Assembly (NCBI RefSeq): GCF_000760515.2
Contig: NW_013546378.1
Location: forward strand, 1 to 38,170
Direction: 5' to 3'
From: Mitosporidium daphniae
Lineage: Eukaryota
DNA length: 38,170 nt
Both the position numbers and the translations under genes were made by a program. The notes beneath the pieces were generated by a model. It did not search any database and was not told the origin of the DNA. It worked only from the letters and a program-made list of their open reading frames with translations. Position 1 is the stretch's first letter, and each line of letters begins with the position of its first letter. Positions 10,001-20,432 of the stretch are shown here, piece after piece.

Positions 10001-12416
10001 GATCTCTGGTGCTCTCGGGCAACAAGAACTCGAGGGTCGTCGTGTTCCGCTAATGGCTTCTGCCAAGACACTGCCCTGTTTTGCGCCCTGGGATTTGGGC
10101 TCAAGAGCTGGCGGTTATATTTCGCAGCGCTTTCTCTCAGGAATCCGTGTTCCTGAATTCTATTTCCACTGCATGGCTGGAAGAGAGGGGCTCATCGACA
10201 CTGCCGTCAAAACCTCGCGCTCTGGTTATTTGCAACGCTGCCTTGTCAAGCACCTGGAGTCTCTGCGTGTACACTACGATGGCACAGTACGAGATGTTGA
10301 TGGCACAGTCATTCAGTTCTTGTACGGTGAAGATGGCATTGACGTGGGACGGTCTATGGCGTTGACGCGCTTCCATCTTATGTCACAAAATGTCGCAGCA
10401 TTGATATCCAAATGGGCGCCAGCAGAGGCATTGATGCGCCTTGACACACGAAGCGCGCCGAGATGGCAGCGGCGTCGCGAAAAACGTATTCTTACAGCAG
10501 GTTCTGACGCTCCTGTCGTCATTTCAGCGGCCTCGCCCTGGATTTCTCTGGGTGCCGTTTCAGAACGCTTCTCAGATGAGCTTGAATGTTGGATCAAGAG
10601 CGTGGGTCTAGAGAAGGCCTCCTCTCTCAAAGATCCCTCGGCGTTGACAGCTGACCAATTCCGCGTCTTGATGTGGTTACGCTACATGCGCTCGTTGGTA
10701 GAACCTGGCGAGATGGTTGGTGTGCTTGCAGCACAATCTGTTGGCGAGCCTTCGACACAGATGACACTGAACACGTTTCATTTTGCAGGTTTTGGTGCTA
10801 AAAACGTGACATTGGGAATTCCCCGGTTGCGAGAAATCGTAATGACGGCATCTCGGAGAATTAAGACGCCTACGATGATGGTACCCTTCAGAAAAGATGT
10901 CGACATAGCTCGCGCTCAGAGGCTAGCAGCTCGCGCTACTCGTCGTACGCTTGCTTGTTTGCTCACGTCAAAGAGAGAAACGGGCATCCCGCATCGCAAG
11001 TCAACCGATAGCTTGATGTCCGACGGTGATTGCGATTCGCCTTTATTTGGAGCCTTATCTACAGCTCCTCTTTCGGTGACAGAACGTATTACGTGCACTA
11101 ATGGCACGAGGAAAGGCAACTCTGTATCGTACCGGCAACGGGTCTATAGTGTGCAACTGCAGTTTTTGTCTGCAGTACAGCTATCTGGGGCTGAGTTTTG
11201 CATCAGTGAGACAGAGATGGTAACCGCAATTAAGGATACATTCTCATCCCTATTGCTAGAATATATTCGTAAACAGTTCAAGAAGGGCTCGATCCGCAAT
11301 CTGCGCCGAAATCTTGTCATAAATCAGGCAGCGCTCTCTGCAGAAGAACATTTACGCACAGGTTTCGGGGCCACGAATAGCACAGAAGATGTCTCAATAG
11401 AGGAAGCCGCTGCAGGAAATGCAAATCTTTCTCCCAAAGCAGCTGAAGACGCATCATCAAGTAGCGATGAAGATCTTGAAGAAAGCGACGTTGATGATCC
11501 CGTTTATGGTGGCAGCAGACTGAAGGGAAGTGATGAAGAACGCGAGGAAGATGACGCTACGACCGTCGTCACCATGGGTACTATCGACTATTCCGATCCA
11601 GACACTGATACAAACTCTGATTCGGGAGATGATGATGGCCGCTCGGGTACCACCAGCATTTCTTCTATGGCAGCACTTGTTGCTACCAAGCGGGCAAAGT
11701 CAGACCCAGACGCCAAAGCACCTGAAGAAGGGATAGAGAATTTTTCCTATCACTACGAAACAGGACGTTGCAGCTTCGAATTCCGGTATGCAGTTTCGCA
11801 GCCAAAACTTTTCCTGCTGCCGATTTTGGAGAGATTGTTGGCGCGAGTGATTGTCCGCGAGATTCCTTCCATTGACCGTTGCTTTCTCTCGGAAGAAGAA
11901 GAAGAGGCATCCTGTCATTTGCTACTCACTACGGAGGGTGTCAATTTTATGGGCCTTGCCGCGATGGATATTTCTATGGATTCCAAAACCATACTTCATG
12001 GGTCTCTGGCCACCAGTGATGACCAGGAAACCCTTCTTGACATGAATAGCCTCTATTCAAATGATGTTGGAGCCATCCTGGCAATGTATGGTGTTGAAGC
12101 TGCCCGTGCAGTAATTATTAAGGAGATTGCTGCAGTCTTTGGTGTCTATAGCATCTCTGTAGATGCACGTCACTTGACGCTTATCGCAGATTATATGACA
12201 TTTGAAGGCGGTTACCGTGCCATGAACCGTACAGGGCTAATATCCTCCACCAGCCCGTTGCTAAAAATGACCTTCGAAAGCACCTTTGGATATTTGAAGA
12301 CGGCTTCACTATTCAGTGAGGAGGATTCATTGCGAGGCCCCTCTTCTCGTTTAGTATTTGGTCAAGTTACAGAAATCGGCACCGGGTGTATGGAGATTGT
12401 CCAGCCCGTTCTTTAG
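7035..12416 (+). CDS. RPA190: RNA polymerase I largest subunit
   Basis: Exons 7035-7379, 7527-9146, 9213-12416 (about 1722 aa). [83 protein letters not shown]; Pol I-type acidic region near the C-terminus. Confidence 0.96.
7399..7478 (+). ncRNA. Candidate intronic box C/D snoRNA in RPA190 intron 1
   Basis: C-like box TGACGA at 7400-7405, D box CTGA at 7475-7478. TTATTCCATGC at 7458-7468 is complementary to the conserved SSU rRNA motif GCATGGAATAA. Terminal stem is weak and guide spacing is imperfect. Confidence 0.3.
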
Positions 12417-12511
12417 GACGCGATGATGATTGAAGGGTTAGCGTTGGGTACTTAAAATAATAAATTTATTTTCCATCTGGCTAGGGTTGGGCCAACACCC
12501 TTTTCAAATTT

Positions 12512-13257
12512 ATGCAATCATTGGGTGACCTCGGGGCGCTCATGGAGGCGCAGACACGCGCAGTAGAATCAACGCTTTCGGAGCTCCTTGCAACGGCCGA
12601 GGATATGATAGAAGAGGGCCCCGAGCCTGTAGCTGGAATCCTCCATGAGGCTGTCGAAACGCTTCTACGCACGCGACTACAGCTGCTCTCTGAGCGCACC
12701 TCGCTGCGTCAGCTCGTCAAATCGGGCACACTGGAGGTCCCCACTCTCAGTGACAAGTCGATTGAAGAGCTGCCGCAATATAAAACCTGGATTCGCATTC
12801 TCGAGGTTATCATCATTGTATCTCACTGGCTAGGTATAGATGCATAACACTCACGGCTAGGAGAGTGCACTGCCCCATTGCATTGCGCTAGCCAATGCGA
12901 AGACACTGAGCGAAGAGTCCGAGGATCTGATGCATATACCTGTTGGCCGGTATACTACCCAAGATACTTTATGCCCTATCTCTCAAACAGTAATGAAGGA
13001 CCCTATGATCAAGTAGCATGCCCTCTTTCTTTCTTTCTCTAGTGCCCCCTGCAGACATTCGTATGACGAATGCTCCATCAAAACATTGATTGGACAAAAA
13101 GCGTCCATTCCATGTCCAGTCACCGGATGCTCTGCCATAGTAGTTTTGCCACTTTTTAATAATATAGGTCAAGTTGAAGACACTTGGACCCAACAACCGC
13201 CTTTCCAAGTGGATTGCCGAAGAGAGTCGCGAAGGCCAGCTTGGTGATAGAAAATAA
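12512..13257 (+). CDS. NSE2: SMC5/6 complex SUMO E3 ligase Nse2/Mms21 (SP-RING)
   Basis: Exons 12512-12805, 12861-13012, 13043-13139, 13168-13257. Spliced product has a helical N-terminus, then CPISQTVMKDPMINAPCRHSYDECSIKTLIGQKASIPCPVTGC. Confidence 0.8.
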
Positions 13258-13265
13258 ATTAACGT

Positions 13266-13308
13266 CAACCCTAGTACCCTAACCCTAATACCAAAACCCT
13301 AACCCTAG
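13266..13308. repeat. Cluster of telomere-type CCCTA(A/G) repeats (telobox-like) in intergenic DNA
   Basis: CAACCCTAGTACCCTAACCCTAATACCAAAACCCTAACCCTAG contains five CCCTA units, between the NSE2 stop and the next gene. Confidence 0.85.
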
Positions 13309-13427
13309 TATTGGTCATTTTCATTTTGATGTTCATTTTTCACTGAAGACCTAATTTGATTGGCTCGGTTCGCATCCAATTCGATTATTATGACCACATT
13401 GCACCTGCTCGCTATGTTTGCCTAGCC

Positions 13428-14315
13428 ATGAACATGATTGCGAAAATTATCCTTGCCGCTGACTCTTTGCTGTTAGTCTTTGTTTTTCTGGCGCTGATTG
13501 AGAATGGCATTTTCCGAGAATCAGATACTGTTTGCGCTGCACCCTGCTCCTCCCGCGCATCTGCTGCAAGCCCACCAAGATTGAATTCTGTCTCGCCGCC
13601 CCAGATTTATTCTCCAAAAATGGGACACCCTACCTCGCATGGAGGGCCATGCGAACAGAAAAGTGGAGACCCTCATATTCCAACTTCCAGCTTTGTTGAT
13701 CGACGTTGCTCCCCCTCTAGCCTGGTGGATGAATTTGGCTCTGCAAATGGGCATTGTTCGTCTTCGGCTTCTAAACGTTTTTGTGGTCCATACGCAGGTG
13801 ATGGAGGCCAATATACCACTGGAGCAGGTTCATGCTGCCACTTCAGCCTTTGGGATTTTATTTTTCAACTCATTCCATGCAATGGCATTTTTGGACGGCT
13901 GTTTTCGTTTTTTCTCAGCGTTGCTTGCGAAATTACGTTCCACGACGTTATCTTTTTCTACATTCTGATGGGTGGCATTTATTTTGCTTACAACTTTTAT
14001 ACCTACATCCCGCTCTTCCATGCAAGATGTAAAACCGAGACACCATCCTATCCAGAAAAGTGCCCTCAAGCCAGCACTGTTAAAAGCTACCATCAAAAGC
14101 CAGAGAGTCAATATGATGGCACCCAGAGATCCCAAAGCCATCACAGTCATGAGCACGGCCGTCATGACTATAAACCCCCAGATCCCGACCGTCAGCCACC
14201 GGTTATAAACGAGACGCGCAAACCCATGCACCATCGCGACCATAAACAGAGGAGAAAGGGCCTTGGCCATGAAATCAATCATGAACCCCTCCATGAAGCT
14301 GCTACTGTAATTTAA
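13428..14315 (+). CDS. Hypothetical membrane or secreted protein (N-terminal hydrophobic segment, internal TM segments, His/Pro-rich tail)
   Basis: ORF 13356..14315, likely starting at ATG 13428 (MNMIAKIILAADSLLLVFVFLALI). TM-like VIFFYILMGGIYFAYNFYTYI. No family recognised. Confidence 0.6.
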   Translation: MNMIAKIILAADSLLLVFVFLALIENGIFRESDTVCAAPCSSRASAASPPRLNSVSPPQIYSPKMGHPTSHGGPCEQKSGDPHIPTSSFVDRRCSPSSLVDEFGSANGHCSSSASKRFCGPYAGDGGQYTTGAGSCCHFSLWDFIFQLIPCNGIFGRLFSFFLSVACEITFHDVIFFYILMGGIYFAYNFYTYIPLFHARCKTETPSYPEKCPQASTVKSYHQKPESQYDGTQRSQSHHSHEHGRHDYKPPDPDRQPPVINETRKPMHHRDHKQRRKGLGHEINHEPLHEAATVI

Positions 14316-14368
14316 ATTTGTACAAAAAATGAAAGGCAAATAAATTGCGTTTCCAAGGAATTTAACTC

Positions 14369-14764
14369 ATGAACTCCACTATTTCGTCAAAGGTCGCCGA
14401 ATTAATCCGAACCAAATCCATCTTGGTAGCTTTGATATTTACATGCTTTAGGTTTTTTCCAAGTCGTTTTGTCCTTACTCCATGCAGGTCAAGGAGCTCA
14501 TCAAGAGCCTTGGCTTTAAACCATACACTGTCGAACTTGACCTTGAAGGTAATATAGCGCATTCGATATCTGTAGATGATGGTGCACAAATACAGGAATA
14601 TCTAACTAGCTCCACCGGCCAGAAAACCGTTCCAAACGTTTTTATCTACGGTAGGCAGAATTTCCCTGAACATCCTAGAAAAACAGTATGGCGGCTGCAG
14701 CGACATCAAGGCACTGCATGAGGAAGGCCGCTTGGTTTCCATCCTTTCCAATAAATCTGAGTGA
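14369..14764 (+). CDS. Glutaredoxin with monothiol CPYS active site
   Basis: Exons 14369-14425, 14452-14548, 14576-14650, 14679-14764 (introns of 26, 27 and 28 nt). Gives VFSKSFCPYS, VELDLEDDGAQIQEYL, TGQKTVPNVFI, GGCSD. Confidence 0.9.
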
Positions 14765-14816
14765 GTATGATGGCTCACGATGCTGAGAAACTTTAGTGAT
14801 TTTAATTTTAAATTTC

Positions 14817-15826
14817 ATGGGACCCCACCATGATCATGGCAGCGATTCACACGGTGATGATGCGCTCGAATTGCGCCAACTCACCGAACTGTTTTTAAAA
14901 TCCCTTAATGTGCTCTCAAAGATCAAGAAAATTACAGAGGCAGCTTTTACACACAGTTTGGGTTCTGCTCCCCAATCCACCTCGGGCAATTCGCTGCATG
15001 TAGCAACTGCCTCTGGTGTATCGATCGCAGAAACTGTCACCAGCCCTACCGCTCATTCTCAACAAAGAAGGACAAAGAAAAACATGTCAACACGAAGAGC
15101 CTCTGCTGTCCCCGTGCTGTCTTGGTATGCATTGCCGGCGTGTTTATCGCTTAGTAACAATCCCTTTGACGCCGAAATGCAGAGCATAATCACAACTTCG
15201 AGAACAGAGTCCTTTAGGAGCCTCCTGGTCCCATTTAACGAGCGGCTGAAAAGGTTTTTCTGTATTCTAAAGCGCTAGATCCGAGTCTTCATTCTTCTTT
15301 AGGTATTCCCGAAAGCACTTTGACGCTATAATCGGCGAGATCGATGGCAATGATGCTATTATGAAGCCTTCGCTGTCTTCTGAAAGATCGATTGCCGGAA
15401 TCCAAAAACATTCCTTTTTGGCGCTACGGCTGACAATTTCGAACTTCATCCACAAATGGGTTTGCACTTTTATTTTGTAATTCGACTCCAGGGCATGGAA
15501 CTGGCCACCACGTCGCTGGCTACAGAGTATTTTGAAAAATTAATCTGCAAGGTACTGGCAGATTCATAACAGCGATAGAAGCTAGTAAACTGGTCCAATG
15601 AAAAGGTCATAGCTGCTGCAAGTCTAATGCTAGCCATCAAAGTGAATGAGGACAAGTTTTCCATCAAGAGGGAACTGGTTGAAGTAAGACATTTGCCTTT
15701 GATTTCTTTTAGACACTTTCTTCTGAGTTTCACATCAAAAAAGAGTCGCTTTTGCGATGCGAATTCTGGGCCTTTTCGGCCCTCGAATTCGGCCTTTTAA
15801 AGGTCAACTACCCCGCCCTTGATTAG
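14817..15826 (+). CDS. CABLES-like cyclin-box protein
   Basis: Introns 15254-15278, 15460-15491, 15552-15578, 15684-15712 give GMELATTSLATEYFEKLICKKLVNWSNEKVIAAASLMLAIKVNED...CEFWAFSALEFGL. This resembles the CABLES1/2 C-terminal cyclin box (YFEKL...AGACVLLAAK...EFPVLVALEFAL, from memory). The 3' end is uncertain: a possible further intron 15803-15826. Confidence 0.6.
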
Positions 15827-16108
15827 ATACTTAATCGATGGCGATCTGAAAAGATCAAGGACAGGCTCAGAAGCCATGCCAAAATTTTCCCATCCCATTA
15901 TGCTCATGCCTGCAAATGGCGGCAGTACCAGTGCTGCGTTGAACGACGATTGGCTGAACAGTAAACTTGAATTTATTGTCTCGGTAAAAGGGTTGGCCAA
16001 ACTGCGGCAGTTGCTTTTAAATTTAATTTTTTGACCACGTTTTGCAAATCGTCCAATTAAGCCTTGGCTTTTAGGCAAAAGCTTACATAGAGATGCCTTC
16101 CGACCGGT

Positions 16109-17284
16109 ATGCGTTCGTTTCGTTTGTTCATCCTCTTTTATTTTGCTTTAATGACAATTTTGCATTCAAGCGCCACAAACACGCTTACTGAATCGGAATC
16201 TTTCTCGGAAGACTTTAAGGGACTACATAACCCTATATCGCTAAGCAGCCTTCGCTGGGTCTTTCCCAAACGATCAACTCTGCTACAGGCCCAAAACTTT
16301 TACCTGGTTTCGGACGAAGGTGATTTTATATTTTTTCAAATTGCGCAGACATGCCTCCCTCTATTTTCGTTTGTTCAGGCGTCCTTGAGATATTTTTCAA
16401 AGGAAAAGGGGTTAAATCTCCTCTTGACGCAAACTTTTAAATTCTCTGAATGGAGTCTGTCAAAGAAGGAAAATACCCCGAATAGCGACTTTATCACTAG
16501 CAGTGTGGGGCCATTAACTGTAGAGTTTATGGAAAGCCCCACTCCTGGATTCAATATTTCGTATTCTGGGTCAAATGCGGTTTTTTCTGTTCAATTGCAG
16601 TCCATTTGTGCTCCTCTGACACTCCGGGACGGAATTGTCGAGTTTCAGTCTTCAAAAGCTTCCGGAAGCTTTTCGTTTAAATATGCACCGCAGTTTGTAT
16701 TCACCGGCTCCATTGAGGCTGAGGGGCTGCCAAAAAGACCGATTTCGGGAATGGCCTCACTAAACCTGGTGACTCAACTGATCGAGCCGCACCTTGCTGC
16801 AAGTAAATGGTGCTTCTTCTATTTTGTGGCCAAAGGCAAAGAGAGACTCACTTTTTCGCTGCTTCATTTTCTAACTACGGCTCTTTTCCACAAAAAAGAT
16901 TTCTCTCAAGGAATCCTCACCATTGACGGGAAAGTCATCGGCCTCACTCTTAACAATTCGATCACATTTATCAAGCAGAAAATAACGGAACAATCAGGCG
17001 GGTATGCCCTACCTTCACAAATCCATCTTGTCTTTGATGGAATCGGTCCGGGAGGCTCGACTGATGTATGGCGACTGGAAGCCCATATCCCATTGGAAAC
17101 ATGCGTTGATAGATTGGATCTTCTGGCACATATTCCATATTTTATTCGTAAGGTTATTCAGGCTCTGTTATCAAAGCCATACTGCTTCCAATGGTTTGAT
17201 GACATAAAGATTACGCTCACCAGGCAAGGGAAGCCACAATTTTATGAGGGCAAAATTTTTTCCGAAGTCCTTTACATTTGCTGA
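16109..17284 (+). CDS. SVF1: Survival factor 1 (Svf1) family protein
   Basis: QAQNFYLVSDEG, PHLAASKWCFFYF, RLDLLAHIPYFIRKVIQALLSKPYCFQW and FSEVLYI match the Svf1 pattern. The true start may be ATG 16151. Confidence 0.8.
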   Translation: MRSFRLFILFYFALMTILHSSATNTLTESESFSEDFKGLHNPISLSSLRWVFPKRSTLLQAQNFYLVSDEGDFIFFQIAQTCLPLFSFVQASLRYFSKEKGLNLLLTQTFKFSEWSLSKKENTPNSDFITSSVGPLTVEFMESPTPGFNISYSGSNAVFSVQLQSICAPLTLRDGIVEFQSSKASGSFSFKYAPQFVFTGSIEAEGLPKRPISGMASLNLVTQLIEPHLAASKWCFFYFVAKGKERLTFSLLHFLTTALFHKKDFSQGILTIDGKVIGLTLNNSITFIKQKITEQSGGYALPSQIHLVFDGIGPGGSTDVWRLEAHIPLETCVDRLDLLAHIPYFIRKVIQALLSKPYCFQWFDDIKITLTRQGKPQFYEGKIFSEVLYIC

Positions 17285-17641
17285 GCATGGCGCAGCCGTG
17301 ATGGTCGATAAAAACTTTATTTTTAAACCTGTACCTTTTTGCCGAATCTTTTCTATACTTTGTGTAAATAAACTTTGGGAACTGCCTCCCTTTTGAATAT
17401 CAACTAACCCGCCACTAGTAAGATAGCACTCGTAACTCTTCCATACAAGCTTTCAAATTTTACCCGATGCTGATGAATGACGGCCTCAGGATTCGCAAAA
17501 GTTGTGGCTTTGTGAAGGCATGGTGGCTTTGGAATGTTTCGCATTTGCCTGGGTGTTCCGTAAAGGATCCTGGACCTTGTGATTGGCGATTAGTTTGCTA
17601 GAGTCGGTCGAGGGCTCTATTTTGGCCAGAAAAATCTTGAT

Positions 17642-17702
17642 GTGCATCTGGACCCACGAGTTGGCGTGCATCTGGACCCACGAGTTGGCGTGCATCTGGA
17701 CC
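17642..17702. repeat. 24-bp tandem repeat (2.5 copies)
   Basis: GTGCATCTGGACCCACGAGTTGGC at 17642 and 17666; partial copy at 17690. Confidence 0.95.
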
Positions 17703-17988
17703 AAGCAGTTGTTGCTGTTGTTAAACCCTCGGCAAGAAAAACTACAGGGACTTGGACAACCACCCGAGCCAGCGCAACTAAAGGTGCCAGGACTTCTTTC
17801 TGGGTCTGAACACCCTGAGCTTTGTGCGAAACAGGGGTCTTAAAACTACTTGCCGAAGAGTAGTCAAAACTTTAGCTGTCATTAAAACGGCGAAAACCTT
17901 GAGCTAAAACACGATTTCTAAGACGTCAATCAGGGCCAAGATAGCCTCCTTGGTGCACACCGTAAATTTCAAGGCTTTTCGTCGCAAT

Positions 17989-18684
17989 TCAGACAGCCAA
18001 GCCCCCTTTGTTGGTATCTGCAGTAATTACTCTATGCTCTTTGCTTCCATTAAGATCTTTGTATGTCGAATTTGTTTCCTTGTCGGTGCTAAAGATTTCG
18101 TATTGCTGATGATCCCCCTTGGAATAGTTATAATATCATGGCGGTGGGATCCGCACTGATGTCGAGGCATAGATCAAGATCTTATCTTGGGCTAACGGTA
18201 AAGTAAGATGCATTTTTTGCCGCTGGAACGAAACAACATTTTGTCGAGATATCGAAAGTTTCAGCATTGAAAAAGGTCGGTAGCTCTGCTTTCCCAGCCT
18301 TTGAGATCGATCTGCTCGCATGTATGCTGTGGAAAAAGACCAAGGCTGAGGTCCTTAGAGGGTATATTGACCCGTTTTTCACCGCTAACATGTATGTCTT
18401 GTGTAATCTCCTGGAAGCATCGATGCCTGGTGTTTTCACCACATTGGCGAAAGTAGGGATGCTTTAATGTTCTCAGAGTGCTGTGGCCGAGCACACAACA
18501 CCTGTAGCTTTTTTAACTTTAAATGCACGTTTGGCTCCACATGTTCACTCCGTGCAATTTGATCCCAAACAACAATCCATAATGCCCCGTCTGGGAGATG
18601 GACGGTCTTATTTAACATGAACGCACGGGAGGTTCCAACCGCATGCGCAATGGCGAGTATGAGCAATCGACCATGATTGCTCAA
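17989..18684 (-). pseudogene. Decayed tandem paralog of the adjacent ricin-B lectin gene
   Basis: Fragments align in order with ORF 19065..20135: LPDGALWIVVWD~APKGCAFYIAVFD; FVPAAKNASYFTVSPR*DLDLCLDIS~LVPDRNTAGYFYIVPKKYMGKCLDIR; LNGSKEHRVITADTNKGGL~LNAKGEKRVISVDSSNGNL. In-frame TAA at 18184-18182 plus frameshifts. Confidence 0.7.
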
Positions 18685-19064
18685 ATAGCGTGCTGTCTTT
18701 TCGAGTTGCCCATTTGACTGTCAAATTCAGTTTACAACTCAGCAACGGCAACATTGACACCCTCTTCCCTGTGGAGATCTGAGCCTCTTTTTCGTGGTAG
18801 CCTAACCATAATTTGATACGTTTTTGACGAAAACAAAGGCCATAAAATGTGGAGTAACTTGAAGAGCTTTGGGATGCAATAGTACCGATTTGCTGTTATT
18901 CTGCAAAATGCCCCGACATTAAGTAGACATTATGACGCATGTAACGATTTTATTTGCCTGCTCGTGGCGTAGTAACACCCCTTGTACATGGACGACGATG
19001 CACTACCACTTGCGTGTTCTCAACGTGTGATTTAACTCTAACATTAAACGATGCTTTATTTTGT

Positions 19065-20135
19065 TTATGCCGCTGGAGCCGCGTACAATCCATCCTCGCA
19101 CGGTAATCGTTTTATAGTGGGTGATTGTTTTACTTCTTCTGCGCGTTTTACAGGTGGTGGCGCTGGACCCGGGTGATCTGCTGGAAACACGTTCCACTTT
19201 TCGTATTTTTCTAACCCTTTTCCCGGTACGCCAAACCTTAAATTACCGTTGCTAGAATCTACAGAGATGACTCTTTTTTCGCCTTTTGCATTAAGCGCAT
19301 TGACAATAAACCCTGATGAAGCCTCAAAGTGAAATATCTGGTTTTTCTGGACAGATGGTGTTCCTATATTCCACGTGACGATGTCATTGCCAGTGTCTAC
19401 GCTTCCACGGATGTCCAAGCATTTACCCATATATTTTTTCGGGACTATGTAAAAGTATCCGGCAGTGTTGCGATCAGGTACAAGGAAAAATAGCTTTGAA
19501 TCATCTGGTGAACCATAAGCTGTGGTCCATGGCTCCGCGTTTGCTTTCGAATCGCCGCTGGTTATGTATCTCTTTGTTTCAGCGTTATAGAGGTATATTA
19601 ACACCGGAATTTGAACAAATGTATGCGCAGGTTTTTCTTTTTTTACGTCAAGAAAGACCTTGTTCTCTTTGATGTATGCAGCTCGGTTATTGTTCTCACA
19701 TTTGCAGATCAGATATCCATCTGATGAGCATTCAAATTGTTGGTTTGCCTGATTGTTGTTAAGATTATAAGTATATACAATCAGGTCTGTTCCAACATTA
19801 CCTCCTTTAGTATCAAGACAAAGGTTGGGTGCGATCACTGTTAAAATTCTTCCGCCAACCCGGAAAAACAGTTGTGACTGAGACAGCGTTGAGTATTCGG
19901 CTATCATTACTTGTTGGGGGGCTGTTGTTGGAGAAGAAAGTACCTTAACCCCTTCCAAGTTCATGCCTGCCTTTATGGCTGAACCTTGATCCTTTTTAGA
20001 CGTATCAAAAACGGCAATATAAAATGCACAACCTTTAGGGGCGTTGCCCTCTGCCATTAGCTGATGCGAAGCACTGGCTGCACATAAGATTATAAACAAA
20101 AGTGATAAGAGTCTCTGTAGCATATGAAAATGCAT
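19065..20135 (-). CDS. Secreted ricin-B-type (beta-trefoil) lectin domain protein
   Basis: Signal peptide MLQRLLSLLFIILCAASAS; repeats NLCLDTKGG...NQQFEC and GKCLDIRGS...NQIFHF; Pro-rich tail; intronless. Confidence 0.8.
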   Translation of the reverse strand: MHFHMLQRLLSLLFIILCAASASHQLMAEGNAPKGCAFYIAVFDTSKKDQGSAIKAGMNLEGVKVLSSPTTAPQQVMIAEYSTLSQSQLFFRVGGRILTVIAPNLCLDTKGGNVGTDLIVYTYNLNNNQANQQFECSSDGYLICKCENNNRAAYIKENKVFLDVKKEKPAHTFVQIPVLIYLYNAETKRYITSGDSKANAEPWTTAYGSPDDSKLFFLVPDRNTAGYFYIVPKKYMGKCLDIRGSVDTGNDIVTWNIGTPSVQKNQIFHFEASSGFIVNALNAKGEKRVISVDSSNGNLRFGVPGKGLEKYEKWNVFPADHPGPAPPPVKRAEEVKQSPTIKRLPCEDGLYAAPAA

Positions 20136-20432
20136 CCCTTGATGCCGAGCTATTTATGTGAATCGAGGTAACACCATATTGGACTGCTGGGGCTCAAATA
20201 AAATGGGCTCAAATTTTCTCGCTTTGATTGGCAGGCCAAACTTTCAATTTAAAATTTACGCCCTAATTTTGTCTCAACAGCAGCAGCAGCGCAAAGTTGG
20301 CACACATTGTCTTACCCTACTGCTAACCCTTTCTTGTAGCTGCTGTTGTTACTGCGGCGTTTACACAAAAGTCGATGAGAACAGCAGGATGTACGTGTGT
20401 TGTTATTGCGGATGACAAGTGATATTTATTGG

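Noticed and set aside
13830..14339. Antisense 169-aa hydrophobic ORF
   Set aside because: It is explained as the mirror of a His/Gln/Lys/Pro-rich plus-strand frame; no independent support.
15267..16078. Chain of minus-strand ORFs
   Set aside because: They are antisense shadows of the spliced plus-strand CABLES-like gene.
665..18184. Reassigned stop codons (TAG/TAA read as sense)
   Set aside because: Conserved genes end normally in TAA, TAG and TGA and have no internal stops once spliced. In-frame stops occur only in introns or decayed genes.
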